Numbered from the stretch's first letter, positions 10,423 through 20,534 are shown. The stretch: 64,000 nt of DNA from Alphaproteobacteria bacterium (GCA_965221125.1 CBDCRW010000005.1:480001-544000), one strand, 5' to 3'. Numbers and translations are program-made. Notes: generated by a model not told the origin, from the sequence alone.

Positions 10423-11967
10423 ATGAGAATTGGCGTCGATGTCGGCGGGACCAATACGGATGCGGTGCTGATGGACGGCGCCATTGTCGTGGCGTCCATC
10501 AAGGCGCCGACCACCGCCGACGTGGGCGCAGGCGTGGTGGCCGCCATCGAAGGCGTGCTCAAGCAGTCGGCGGTGGCGCCGGAGACCATCACCGGCGTGA
10601 TGATCGGCACCACCCAGTTCACCAACGCGATCGTCGAGCGCAGGCGGCTCGTGCCGGTGGCCATCGTGCGCCTCGCGCTGCCGGCGACCGAGAGCCTTAA
10701 CCCCCTGATCGACTGGCCGCGCGACCTGGTGGATGCCATCGGCCGCAACGTCTACATGGCGAAGGGCGGCTACGAGGTGGACGGGCGCGAGATCTCGCCG
10801 CTCGACGAGGCCGAGGTCGCCCGCATCGCCCGCGACATCGCGGTCAAGGGCCTCGAATCCATCGCCATCTCCTCGGTCTTCGCGCCGCTCAACAGCACGC
10901 AGGAGGACCGGGCCGCCGAGATCATCCGCGCCGAGCACCCGGAGGCCCAGATCACGCTCTCCAACGAGATCGGCCGCGTCGGGCTGATCGAGCGCGAGAA
11001 CGCGGCGGTGATGAACGCAGCCCTGGTTCAGCTTTCCGCACGTGTCGTGGGCGCATTCCGCGACTCGTTGAAGGCGCTCAAGATCGACGCGCCCTTCTTC
11101 ATCAGCCAGAACGACGGCACGCTGATGAGCGCGGCTTATGTCGAGCGCTATCCGGTGCTGACATTCGCCTCCGGCCCCACCAACAGCATGCGCGGCGCGG
11201 CCTTCCTCTCCGACCAGGAGAACGCCGTGGTGGTGGACATCGGCGGCACCACCACCGATGTGGGCGTGCTGGCCCGGGGCTTCCCACGGGAATCGGCGGT
11301 CGCCGTCGATGTCGGCGGGGTGCGCACCAACTTCCGCATGCCGGACGTGCTGGCGATCGGGCTCGGCGGCGGCAGCCTGGTGCGGGGCGACGAGGTGGTG
11401 ACCGTCGGCCCCGATTCCGTCGGCTTCGAGCTGACGGAGAAGGCGCTGGTCTTCGGCGGCGACACGCTGACCGCCACCGATGTCGCCGTCGCCGCGGGCC
11501 TCGCCGATATCGGCGACCGCGGGGCCGTGGCCGGGCTCGACGGCGCCGCCGTGAAGCGCGGGCTCGATACCATCCACACCATGGTCGAAGACGCCATCGA
11601 CCGCATGAAGACCAGCGCGGAGCCCGTGCCCGCGATCCTGGTGGGCGGCGGCAGCATCCTGGTCGAGCGCGATCTGGCCGGCGTCTCGAGCTTGAGCATC
11701 CCCGACCACTCGGCCGTCGCCAACGCCATCGGCGCCGCCATCGCCCAGGTGGGCGGCGAGGTCGACCGCGTGTTCTCCTACGAGCAGGAGGGCCGCGAGA
11801 ACGCGATTCAGCAGGCCAAGGACGAAGCAAAGGCTAAGGCGGTCGACGCCGGCGCCGAGGCCTCCAGCATCGAGATCATCGAGGTCGAGGAGATCCCGTT
11901 GGCCTACCTGCCGGGCGCCGCCTGCCGGGTGCGGGTGAAGGCGGTGGGCGATCTCGCCGAAGGCTGA
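10423..11967 (+). CDS. Hydantoinase/oxoprolinase A-family ATP-dependent protein
   Basis: IGVDVGGTNTDAV, SGPTNSMRGA, DIGGTTTDVG, VANAIGAA. Confidence 0.9.
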   Translation: MRIGVDVGGTNTDAVLMDGAIVVASIKAPTTADVGAGVVAAIEGVLKQSAVAPETITGVMIGTTQFTNAIVERRRLVPVAIVRLALPATESLNPLIDWPRDLVDAIGRNVYMAKGGYEVDGREISPLDEAEVARIARDIAVKGLESIAISSVFAPLNSTQEDRAAEIIRAEHPEAQITLSNEIGRVGLIERENAAVMNAALVQLSARVVGAFRDSLKALKIDAPFFISQNDGTLMSAAYVERYPVLTFASGPTNSMRGAAFLSDQENAVVVDIGGTTTDVGVLARGFPRESAVAVDVGGVRTNFRMPDVLAIGLGGGSLVRGDEVVTVGPDSVGFELTEKALVFGGDTLTATDVAVAAGLADIGDRGAVAGLDGAAVKRGLDTIHTMVEDAIDRMKTSAEPVPAILVGGGSILVERDLAGVSSLSIPDHSAVANAIGAAIAQVGGEVDRVFSYEQEGRENAIQQAKDEAKAKAVDAGAEASSIEIIEVEEIPLAYLPGAACRVRVKAVGDLAEG

Positions 11968-11999
11968 GCGGGACGCGAGCGGGAAGGGAAGCCAAGGAC

Positions 12000-13103
12000 A
12001 TGCCGACGATGAAGATGCACCTCGACCTGCTGCCGGATTTCCTGCGCGGCACGGCCTTTCTCGGCACCGGCGGTGGCGGCGATCCCTATGTCGGCGGGCT
12101 TATCCTCAGGCAGAAGCTGGAGGAAGGCGCCGACATCACGATCATGGACCCGATGGAATTGGACGACGACGACTTCGTCGTCTCGGTCGCCAACATGGGC
12201 GCGCCGACGGTGATGGTGGAGAAGATCCCGAGCGCGCTCTCCATGGTGAAATGCCTGCGCTCGCTGGAGCGCGAGAAGGGGCGCAAGGCGGACGCGCTCA
12301 TCGCCGCCGAGGCCGGCGGCATCAACGGCACGCTGCCCATGGTGATCGGCGCCTTGACCGGGCTTCCCGTGGTGGATGGCGACGGCATGGGCCGCGCCTT
12401 CCCGGAGCTGCAGATGTGCACCTTCGGCGTCTACGGCGTGCCCGCGTCGCCCATCGTGCTCCGCGACGAGCACGACAACGAGGTCATCGTCCGCGCCCGC
12501 AGCAATCTCGAATCCGAGTGGTTCGCGCGCGTGGTGTGCACCCGCATGGGCACCAAGTCGGAGATCGCGCTCTATTCCATGTCCGGCAAGCAGGCAAAGG
12601 AGACCGGCGTGCTCTACACCACCACCCTCGCCATGGAGATCGGCCGCTCGATCCGCGAGGCGCGGGAGACCCAGAGCGACCCCTTCGCCGGCCTCCAGCG
12701 CTACTTCGCGACCTCGCGGGACAAGCGCTTCTGCAAGGTGCTGTTCGAAGGCAAGGTGGTGGACCTGTTGCGCGAGACCACGCGCGGCTGGGCCATCGGC
12801 CGGGTGAAGTTCGAGGGGATCGGCACGAGCACCGGGGAACAGCTGGAGGTGCGCTTCCAGAACGAGTTCCTGGTGGCGCAACAGGGCGAGCGCATGCTCG
12901 GCATGGTGCCGGACCTCATCTGCATCCTCGATCAGGAGAACGCCGAGCCCATCACCACGGAGGGTCTCAAGTACGGCCAGCGCGTGCGCGTGGTCGGCGT
13001 CAGCGTGCCGCCTGTCATGCGCACGCCCGAGGCGATCGAGGTCTTCGGCCCCAAGTATTTTGGCATCTCGGACGTCTACACGCCGATCGAGGAGCTGGTC
13101 TGA
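12000..13103 (+). CDS. DUF917-family protein (S-methyl thiohydantoin desulfurase-like)
   Basis: LGTGGGGDP, GAPTV, EAGGING, VDGDGMGRAFPELQM, FQNE, VPDLI, EGLKYGQRV. Confidence 0.88.
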   Translation: MPTMKMHLDLLPDFLRGTAFLGTGGGGDPYVGGLILRQKLEEGADITIMDPMELDDDDFVVSVANMGAPTVMVEKIPSALSMVKCLRSLEREKGRKADALIAAEAGGINGTLPMVIGALTGLPVVDGDGMGRAFPELQMCTFGVYGVPASPIVLRDEHDNEVIVRARSNLESEWFARVVCTRMGTKSEIALYSMSGKQAKETGVLYTTTLAMEIGRSIREARETQSDPFAGLQRYFATSRDKRFCKVLFEGKVVDLLRETTRGWAIGRVKFEGIGTSTGEQLEVRFQNEFLVAQQGERMLGMVPDLICILDQENAEPITTEGLKYGQRVRVVGVSVPPVMRTPEAIEVFGPKYFGISDVYTPIEELV

Positions 13104-13127
13104 GGGTTCGGCCGCAGCCGACCCTGA

Positions 13128-14198
13128 TCAGTCGACGAGCAGCTCGCTGCTCGCCACGGTCCAGCCGATTATGGCCTCTGCGCCGTCGGCGAGAACCGGC
13201 TGATCCGGCCGGTTGGGCACTTCCGCCACGATCTCCTGGCCTTCGAGCTGCAGCCGGTAGCGGATGATCGCGCCCTGGTAGCTGCGATCGACCACGGTCG
13301 CGGTAGCCTTGGGGCCGTCGACGGCCTCTGCGTCGGGGCCGATCAGCACGCGCTCCGGCCGCACCACGAAGCCGACCGCTTGGCCGGTCTCGATCCCGTC
13401 CCGCCTGGGCGCTGCGAACTCGACACGGCCGACGGCGACGCGGCACTCATCCCTGCTCACCGCCGCGACGCGCGCCTCGAGGATGTTGGATTCGCCGATG
13501 AAGTCGGTGACGAAGCGATCGGCCGGATGCTCGTAGATCGTGTCAGGCGCGCCGATCTGCACCACCTTGGCCCGGTTCATCACCGCGATCCGGTCCGACA
13601 TGGTGAGCGCCTCGCCCTGGTCATGGGTGACGTACACCGTGGTGATGCGCAGCGAGTGTTGCAGCCCCTTGATCCAGTACTTCATCTCCTCCCGGAGCTT
13701 CTTGTCGAGCGCGCTCAAGGGCTCGTCGAGGAGCAGGATCTTGGGTTCGGTGATGAGCACGCGGGCGAGCGCCACGCGCTGCTGCTCGCCGCCCGACAGT
13801 TCGCGCTGGTAACGGCGTTCGTAGCCGTCGAGATTGACCTGTTCCAGCGCCTTGCCGACGCGGCCGCGGATCTCCCGCTTCGGCACCTTCCGCATCCTCA
13901 GGCCGAAGGCGATGTTGTCGAACACCGTCATGTGCGGAAAGATCGCGTAGTTCTGGAAGACGATGCCGATGCCGCGCCTCTCCGGCGGCAGCAGGGTCAT
14001 GTCGTCGCCGCCGATGAAGACCTGGCCCTCGTTGGGCCTGACGAAGCCCGCGATCATGCGGAGCGTCGTCGTCTTGCCGCAGCCGGACGGGCCGAGGAGG
14101 GAGAAGAACTCCCCCTCCTCGACCCGGAGCGACACGTCGTCGACCGCGAGCGTCTCGCCGTAGCGCTTCGTCAGGCTCGAAAGCTCGACGTCAGACAC
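13128..14198 (-). CDS. ABC transporter ATP-binding protein (PotA-like)
   Basis: GPSGCGKTT, LSGGEQQRVALAR, LLLDEP, VTHDQ; C-terminal TOBE-like region. Confidence 0.95.
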   Translation of the reverse strand: MSDVELSSLTKRYGETLAVDDVSLRVEEGEFFSLLGPSGCGKTTTLRMIAGFVRPNEGQVFIGGDDMTLLPPERRGIGIVFQNYAIFPHMTVFDNIAFGLRMRKVPKREIRGRVGKALEQVNLDGYERRYQRELSGGEQQRVALARVLITEPKILLLDEPLSALDKKLREEMKYWIKGLQHSLRITTVYVTHDQGEALTMSDRIAVMNRAKVVQIGAPDTIYEHPADRFVTDFIGESNILEARVAAVSRDECRVAVGRVEFAAPRRDGIETGQAVGFVVRPERVLIGPDAEAVDGPKATATVVDRSYQGAIIRYRLQLEGQEIVAEVPNRPDQPVLADGAEAIIGWTVASSELLVD

Positions 14199-14237
14199 GC
14201 GCGGTCTCCCTCAGGCGCCCGGCCCGGCGACGATGGA

Positions 14238-15359
14238 TCAGGACGCGAAGATCTCGTTGGTGATCTCGACGATGTCGTCCTCGTTGTCGACATACCAGTT
14301 CCAATCCGGGATCCAGAGCCCGTCCATGGCATTGGCCGTGTTGACCACACCCTTGCTAGCCACGTTTTCCGACACCTCCGCCTTGCTGTTGGTCGGGCGC
14401 AGATAGAATATCGAGCCGGCCTTCGACTGGTAGCCGGGGTCGAGCGCCTCGTTCATCAGCGCATAGCCGAGCTTCTTCTGCATCGGCTCGGAATAGCGGC
14501 TGATGGTCTTGGTCTGGGTCAGGATCGGCTTGGCGTCCCAGATGACGGGAGCGACGGAAATCCCCTTGTCCATCTGCAGGTAGACCTCGCCTTCCCACTG
14601 GACGCCGATGTGCACCTCGCCGCGCTCCACCAGGGTCTGCATGTTGCCGGTGAAGTCGCTGATCTTCATAGGCATGGCGCGGCGCATGGCGTCGAAGCCC
14701 GCCTCCATGTCCTTCGGCCCCTCGCCCCAGGCGGCGCTGGCGGTCATGAAGAAGACCATCTGCAGGGAGTTGACGGTGATGTAGGTCGCCCGGTTGCCGG
14801 CGAAGCGGTCCTCCCAGAACGACTTGAAGTCGGTGGGCGCCGGATCGACCAGGTCGGTCCGGTAGACGTAAGCGTACTGGCCGAAGGCCCAGGTCACGCC
14901 GATGCCGTTGCCGAAGGCGAAGTCCCAGCAGTCGGCTGCGTTCGGCACGTTGGCCCTGATGTCGTCGATCGGCAGGAAGTAATCGCCCGCCCGCGCGGTC
15001 TTCGTCATCTCGGACAGGTTCCAGTTGCACATGTCGAAGGCCGGATCCTGCGGCCCGCTGGCGACGTATTTCGGGAACCACGGCCACGACCCGTCGTAGG
15101 CGATCTTGCAGTTGTAGGTCTTCTCGAACTCGTTCAACTGCGCTTCGCGGACGAACTCCTCCCAGAAGCCGGGCCACTCGCCGAGGGTGAAGGTGGCGCC
15201 GCCCGCATCGAAGGGCTCGCCGTCCCAGTGCACGTCCTGCGACCAGGAATGGTTGATGTTGAAGAGGCCGAACTTGGTGGACGCCGCTGCAGCGCCGCCC
15301 GCCGCAAGACCCTTGAGGACGGTGCGCCGCGAGGGCTTGGAAATGCGCTTATCGGTCAT
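14238..15359 (-). CDS. ABC transporter substrate-binding protein (PotD-like, Tat signal)
   Basis: SRRTVLK twin-arginine motif; position within the ABC operon. Confidence 0.88.
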   Translation of the reverse strand: MTDKRISKPSRRTVLKGLAAGGAAAASTKFGLFNINHSWSQDVHWDGEPFDAGGATFTLGEWPGFWEEFVREAQLNEFEKTYNCKIAYDGSWPWFPKYVASGPQDPAFDMCNWNLSEMTKTARAGDYFLPIDDIRANVPNAADCWDFAFGNGIGVTWAFGQYAYVYRTDLVDPAPTDFKSFWEDRFAGNRATYITVNSLQMVFFMTASAAWGEGPKDMEAGFDAMRRAMPMKISDFTGNMQTLVERGEVHIGVQWEGEVYLQMDKGISVAPVIWDAKPILTQTKTISRYSEPMQKKLGYALMNEALDPGYQSKAGSIFYLRPTNSKAEVSENVASKGVVNTANAMDGLWIPDWNWYVDNEDDIVEITNEIFAS

Positions 15360-15380
15360 CGTTCATTCTCCCTGTGTCGA

Positions 15381-16268
15381 TTACGAGAACTTGATTCCGG
15401 CGAAGCGCCGGATGTTGATGAGCCGCGAAGTCAGCAGCATCGAGACCACGACCAGCGCGATCGCGAAGATGCCCGCCGCCGCCGCCGTCGGCTCGAACGT
15501 GTACCTGAGCGAAATATAGAGGGCGATCGGCAGCGGCGTATAGTTCGGCGTGCTCAGGAAGAGCGAGACGTCGAACTGCCCGAAGGACACGATGAAGGCG
15601 AAGATCGCACCGGCGGCGACGCCCGGCCCGATGATCGGCAGCGTCACCTTGCGGAACGCCGTGAACGGGCCGGCGCCGAGGCTGCGGGCGGCCTCCTCCA
15701 GCGCGATGTCGAAGTTGAAGAGCGCCGCTGAGACCGTGCCGATCACGTAGGGCGCCGTCACCAGCACGTGGCCGATAATGAGCCCCGGCAGGGTACGCGA
15801 CAGCCCGATGCCGCTAGAGACGTAGAAGACGTAGAGCGCGAGCCCCAGCACGATCCCCGGCAGGATCAGGGGCGAGAGGAAGTAGGCCCGGAGCAGGTTG
15901 CGGCCGGGGAAGGTCATGCGCGTGAGGAAGATCGCCGCCATGGTGCCGAGCGTGGTCGAGATCACCATGACCACCACGGCCAGCCAAAGGCTGAACACGT
16001 AGGCGTCGAGGAACTCGCTCGCCTCGAAGAACGCGAAGATCCAGCGGGGCGAGAGCCCCTCCGGCGGCCAGGTCAGGTGATCGCCGGAGTTGAGCCCGGC
16101 CAGCACCACGATGACCAGCGGCAGCAGCAGCACCACGAAGGCGATCCAGGCGCCGATCTGCAGCGGCAGCGCGACCGCCGGCTCCTCCCTGGGTCCGTTC
16201 CGTTTATGGAAGGGCCTCCAGCCGCCGTTGCGCGGCTCCGGCGCGGCATCCGTCACCATCTCCGCCAT
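15381..16268 (-). CDS. ABC transporter permease (PotC-like)
   Basis: LEEAARSLGA EAA motif; TM helices. Confidence 0.93.
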   Translation of the reverse strand: MAEMVTDAAPEPRNGGWRPFHKRNGPREEPAVALPLQIGAWIAFVVLLLPLVIVVLAGLNSGDHLTWPPEGLSPRWIFAFFEASEFLDAYVFSLWLAVVVMVISTTLGTMAAIFLTRMTFPGRNLLRAYFLSPLILPGIVLGLALYVFYVSSGIGLSRTLPGLIIGHVLVTAPYVIGTVSAALFNFDIALEEAARSLGAGPFTAFRKVTLPIIGPGVAAGAIFAFIVSFGQFDVSLFLSTPNYTPLPIALYISLRYTFEPTAAAAGIFAIALVVVSMLLTSRLINIRRFAGIKFS

Positions 16269-16269
16269 C

Positions 16270-17184
16270 TCAGGCCCGCCCGCCTGCGGTCCGCGCCGCG
16301 AAGCGCTGATAGACGTAGACCGCGATTATGCTGGTGACGAAGAGCACCACCGCGATGGTTGCGCCGAACTGCCACTTACCCATCTCGGCGATCTGCTGAT
16401 AGATGTGAAGCGGCATCACGATCACCTTCCAGCCGCCCATCAGCGCCGGCACGACGTAGGACGAGATCGAGAGCGCGAAGACCAGCAGCGTGCCGGCGAG
16501 GATGCCCGGCATGCTGAGCGGGAAGGTGATGCGCCAGAAGGTGGTCCAGCGGTTGGCGCCGAGGCTTCGCGCCGCCTCCTCCAGCGACGGGTGGATGCTT
16601 CGGATGATGCCGATCAGCGAGAGCACCATGAAGGGCAGCGTGAACTGCACCAACCCCACCACCGAGCCGAAGAAGTTGTACATCAGCGGCAGCGGATCGC
16701 GGATCGCGCCGATGTCGCGCAGGACGCCGTTGATGATCCCGTTGTCGCCCATCAGCACCATCAGGCCGAAGAGGCGGATCACCATGTCGAGCTGCATCGC
16801 GCTCAGCACGAGGATCATGTAGAAGGTGTTGCGCCCGGGATGCTTGGTCTTGGCGACGAAGTAGGCCAGCGGGTAGCCCAGCGCCAACGTGACGACCGAG
16901 ACGATCGCCGCCAGCCCGATCGAGCGTATCGCCGCCTCGTAGTAGAGCGAGCGGTTGAAGAAGCGGATGTAGTTCTTGAGCGTGAAGTCCCACTGGATGT
17001 CGACCACGCCCGCGACAGATTTGTCGAAGGAGATCAGGAACAGCGAGACGGTCGGGATGACGAAGAAGATCAGGAAGAAGACGAAGGCCGGCAGGACCAG
17101 CCAGTAGAGCTTGGAATCGGCCATGATGCGCCTGAGGTCGGGCAGCTGGGGCGTGCGCGCCGCCTGGGCCTCGGCAAGTGCCAT
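16270..17184 (-). CDS. ABC transporter permease (PotB-like)
   Basis: LEEAARSLGA EAA motif; LGYPLAY. Confidence 0.93.
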   Translation of the reverse strand: MALAEAQAARTPQLPDLRRIMADSKLYWLVLPAFVFFLIFFVIPTVSLFLISFDKSVAGVVDIQWDFTLKNYIRFFNRSLYYEAAIRSIGLAAIVSVVTLALGYPLAYFVAKTKHPGRNTFYMILVLSAMQLDMVIRLFGLMVLMGDNGIINGVLRDIGAIRDPLPLMYNFFGSVVGLVQFTLPFMVLSLIGIIRSIHPSLEEAARSLGANRWTTFWRITFPLSMPGILAGTLLVFALSISSYVVPALMGGWKVIVMPLHIYQQIAEMGKWQFGATIAVVLFVTSIIAVYVYQRFAARTAGGRA

Positions 17185-17272
17185 CTATCCGTCCGATCCC
17201 TGATCTCTTGAAGAGCCGATGTTGCCCTAACGCCCGCCTCGCGCCAACCCGGCGCGCGCCGGCCAGCAAGAA

Positions 17273-18295
17273 TCAGGTGGTGACGACGACCTTCCCCCGC
17301 TGCACGTTGGACTCCATGTAGCGGTGCGCGTCGACGATCTCCTCGAGCGGGAAGGTCCGGTCGACGATCACCTTGAGCGCGCCGGACGCCACCTGGTCAT
17401 GCACGAAGGCGAAGCAGGCGGCGCGCTTCTCCGGCAGGCGCATCGTGTCGTAGAGGCTGTGGAACTTGAAGAAGAGCCGCTTGGCCAGCATCGGCAGGAC
17501 CGGGATGTCGATGGGCTCGGTGCGGAGGTTGCCGTAGTTGACGATGAGCCCGTAGGGCTGCGCCGCGGCAACGAGGTCGCCGATAAATTCGCCGCCCACC
17601 GGGTCGTAGGCGATGGTGAAGCCCTGGCCGCCGGTGATCGCCTTCACGCGTGTCTCGAGATCCTCCTCCTCGGTGGCGACCACGTGATCGGCGCCGGCGC
17701 CAAGCAGAAAATCCGCCTTGTCCGACCTGCGCGTCGCGGCGATCACCATGGCGCCGGCGTTCTTCGCGATCTGCAGCCCGGCGAGCGCGGCGCTGCTGCT
17801 CGCCGCCGTGACCAGCACGATGTCGTCGGACGAGACGTTAGCGTGGTCCACCAGCCCGCCCCACGCGGTGCCGTACTGGCACCAGATCGCGCCGGCGTCG
17901 ACCGCCGATATGTTGGCGGGATTGCGGGCGACGGCGAACGCGGGCACCACCGCGCTCTCGCCATACATGCCGTACTTGGTGACCGAATCGCTGGTCCAGT
18001 TGCCCCACTGGTCCCACGAGTTGAAGGGAACCGCGCCGGCGCGCTCGCCGATGGAGAAGCCGGAGACGCCCGGCCCCACCGCATCGATCGTGCCGCTCGC
18101 CTCGATCCCGATGCGCGACGGGAAGGTGGGGTTCGCGATGTAGGCGCCGCTCCGGAACATGATCTCGGCCCGGTTGAGGCCGATCGCCTCGATCCTGAGG
18201 CGGACCTCGCCCTCCCCCGGCTCCTGCAGCGGCTCGTCGCGAACTTCGAGAACCTCCGGGCCGCCGTGTCTGGCGAAGCGTACGATGCGTGGCAT
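17273..18295 (-). CDS. MDR-family (quinone oxidoreductase-like) NADPH oxidoreductase
   Basis: GGPEVL, AIGLNRAE, AASSS, YDPVGG, AHRYMESN..GKVVV; ATG at 18295. Confidence 0.88.
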   Translation of the reverse strand: MPRIVRFARHGGPEVLEVRDEPLQEPGEGEVRLRIEAIGLNRAEIMFRSGAYIANPTFPSRIGIEASGTIDAVGPGVSGFSIGERAGAVPFNSWDQWGNWTSDSVTKYGMYGESAVVPAFAVARNPANISAVDAGAIWCQYGTAWGGLVDHANVSSDDIVLVTAASSSAALAGLQIAKNAGAMVIAATRRSDKADFLLGAGADHVVATEEEDLETRVKAITGGQGFTIAYDPVGGEFIGDLVAAAQPYGLIVNYGNLRTEPIDIPVLPMLAKRLFFKFHSLYDTMRLPEKRAACFAFVHDQVASGALKVIVDRTFPLEEIVDAHRYMESNVQRGKVVVTT

Positions 18296-18331
18296 GGTGG
18301 TGACCTTTCCCGTTCCTGGAGCCGAGCCGAT

Positions 18332-18369
18332 CGAGCGTTTCCGGTCTCGATCTTTACCCGGAAATCTCG
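18332..18369. repeat. Solo hairpin matching the right end of the miniature element
   Basis: cGAGCGTTTCCGG...CCGGAAAtctcg resembles the 18523-18555 hairpin. Confidence 0.55.
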
Positions 18370-18406
18370 GCGCGGTCATGGGCCGCGCGCTGCGGCTTCT
18401 GGAGCT

Positions 18407-18555
18407 TGGAGCGCGGCCGTGGTTGACGGACGCGCGACAGGCCGCGACCGCGGCCCGCCGCGAATGCGGCGCGCCCGCGCAGGCGCCGGCCAACGGCCGG
18501 CTGCCGTGAGCGACAAAGAGTCAGAGCGTTTCCGGTGCAAACCGGAAACGCTCTA
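18407..18555 (+). repeat. Palindromic miniature element, copy A
   Basis: 57 nt (18457-18513) identical to the reverse complement of 61764-61820; ends in hairpin GAGCGTTTCCGG-TGCAAA-CCGGAAACGCTCTA overlapping the XRE stop codon. Confidence 0.85.
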
Positions 18556-19410
18556 TGCGCCCTTGTTCAGTTCCCGCCGCAGATCGCGCAGAAAGTCGCC
18601 CGCCGCATGGGCCGGGACCGTCGAGGCCCGCACCAGGGCGTCGAAATGCCGCGTGAGCACGCGGATGTGCTGCAACGTGTTGAAGGCGAAGAACATCTGG
18701 CCGACGTAGACCGCCGCCCGCTGCGGCCCGAACACCGTGTAGGGCACAGAGAAGTGGGTGAGGCCGTCGAAGAAGAACATGCGGAGCGTCGGGTAGAGCT
18801 CGTCGATCAGCCCGATCATGTGATCGAGCTGCGCGCGCCTGGCCGGCAGCGACAGATCGCGCCAGATGCTCTCGCCGCGCGCGAACGTTTCCAGGGACTG
18901 GCGCGACTGGCAGATCTCGATGTCCGTCTCCGGCAGCCGCACGTAGGCGAGGCGGCCGTGGGAGGCGGCAATGGCCCGGTCGGCGGACCGGGCGGCGAAA
19001 TCGCGATACTCGTGGTCCAGCACCTCTTCGGTCTTCATGAGGTCCGGCAGGGTCGCCGGCACGTGGCGGATCTTGTAGCCCGCCGCCTCTGCGTACCAGG
19101 CGGCGAGGCTCTCATCCGCCGGCTCGTCGGCGCTCTCCCGCACCTCCACCGATTCCAGCAGGATGTCGGCGCCGACTTTCTGCTGCTGGCTGAGACCGAG
19201 CAGCCAGTCGAGGCTCACGTGGAGAGCGGACGCGATTGCCGCAACGGTGTCGGCGCGCGGCAGGCGGTCGGCCTCCGGCGTCAGAAGCTGCGAGAGGGTG
19301 GAGCGGTCGACGCCGATCTGCGCCGCGAGGGTCGAGCGGTTGACCCGCGCGGTCGCCATGGCCTCGGCCAGCCGCTCGCGAAAGCGTTGCGCCGTATCGC
19401 GCCTGTCCAT
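18553..19410 (-). CDS. XRE-family HTH transcriptional regulator
   Basis: N-terminal NRSTLAAQIGVDRSTLSQLL HTH and VSLDWLLG; about 200-aa C-terminal domain; divergent from the desaturase. Confidence 0.85.
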   Translation of the reverse strand: MDRRDTAQRFRERLAEAMATARVNRSTLAAQIGVDRSTLSQLLTPEADRLPRADTVAAIASALHVSLDWLLGLSQQQKVGADILLESVEVRESADEPADESLAAWYAEAAGYKIRHVPATLPDLMKTEEVLDHEYRDFAARSADRAIAASHGRLAYVRLPETDIEICQSRQSLETFARGESIWRDLSLPARRAQLDHMIGLIDELYPTLRMFFFDGLTHFSVPYTVFGPQRAAVYVGQMFFAFNTLQHIRVLTRHFDALVRASTVPAHAAGDFLRDLRRELNKGA

Positions 19411-19606
19411 GCACCTTCTCCCGCGGATGCGAGGCGTACTCAACTAAATGCGTACTACATCACCAAACGCGGAACTATTGCGGACATTATGACCTAGCGC
19501 GCGAATTCGCACGTTGTTTCATCGGTTGGCGGGTCGCAGTGTGGACTCTCGCTGCCGTCACAGCCGGGTCAATTCGTTGCAGAGCACCGATAACTCCCTC
19601 GCACGA

Positions 19607-20521
19607 GTGGACCTCCCTGCCCTCTGGCGACGTGCCGAGGGGCCGACCTGGCTCGTGGCGGCAGCGGTCTACGGCGGATGGTTCGTGCTCACCTGGTACC
19701 ACCATGCCCTGCCGTGGTGGCTGGTCCTGCCGCTCGGCGGTTGGCTGATCGGCTGGCACGGCGGCCTGCAGCACGAGGTGATCCACGGGCACCCGACGCG
19801 CCGGCCTGCGGTCAACACGGCGCTCGCCATGGCCCCGGTCGCGCTGTGGCTGCCCTATCCCCTCTACCGCAGCCGCCACCTCAGCCACCACGCCACGCCG
19901 CACCTCACCGACCCGCTGGCCGATACCGAGAGTTTTTACGTCGAACCGCGGCGGTGGCGGCGGCTGGGGCCGGTCCGGCGGGCTCTGCTGCGAGTCCACA
20001 ACACGCTGGCAGGCCGGCTGCTGCTCGGACCGGCGCTCACGATCCTCGCCTTCTGGCGGGAGGAGGGCGCCCGGCTGCTGCGCAACGAGCCAGGGTGCGT
20101 GCGCATATGGACGGAGCACGCGGTGCTGACGGCTGCGGTGCTGATCTGGGTGCTCTGGGTCTGCGGCATCCCGCTCTGGGCCTACGTGATGCTCTACGTC
20201 TATCCGGGCGTCGCGCTCATCCTGCTGCGCTCCTACACCGAGCACCGCCCGGCGGCGGACCAAGCCGGGCGCACCGTCATCGTGGAGGCCGGGCCGCTGA
20301 TGAGGCTGCTCTTCCTCGGCAACAACTTCCACGCCCTCCACCACGAGCGGCCCGGCATCGCGTGGTATGACCTGCCCCACGTCTACCGCGCCGAACGGCA
20401 GCGGGTGCTCGCCGACAATGGCGGCTTCCTGTTCACCGGCTACGGCGATATCGTGCGGCGGTTCCTGTGGCGGGTGAAGGATTCGCCGCTGCACCCCGGC
20501 CCGGCCGGCCAGGAGACATAG
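19607..20521 (+). CDS. Membrane fatty acid desaturase-family di-iron enzyme
   Basis: His boxes QHEVIH, HLSHH, RSYTEH and FHALHH; start uncertain. Confidence 0.88.
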   Translation: MDLPALWRRAEGPTWLVAAAVYGGWFVLTWYHHALPWWLVLPLGGWLIGWHGGLQHEVIHGHPTRRPAVNTALAMAPVALWLPYPLYRSRHLSHHATPHLTDPLADTESFYVEPRRWRRLGPVRRALLRVHNTLAGRLLLGPALTILAFWREEGARLLRNEPGCVRIWTEHAVLTAAVLIWVLWVCGIPLWAYVMLYVYPGVALILLRSYTEHRPAADQAGRTVIVEAGPLMRLLFLGNNFHALHHERPGIAWYDLPHVYRAERQRVLADNGGFLFTGYGDIVRRFLWRVKDSPLHPGPAGQET

Positions 20522-20534
20522 GGAGGGCTGCCTC

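Noticed and set aside
9127-11709. Very long antisense ORFs (860 aa here; also 13380..15731, 33244..35364, 44048..46150, 61139..63982)
   Set aside because: Typical high-GC shadow ORFs opposite or out of frame with well-supported genes; no recognisable motifs.
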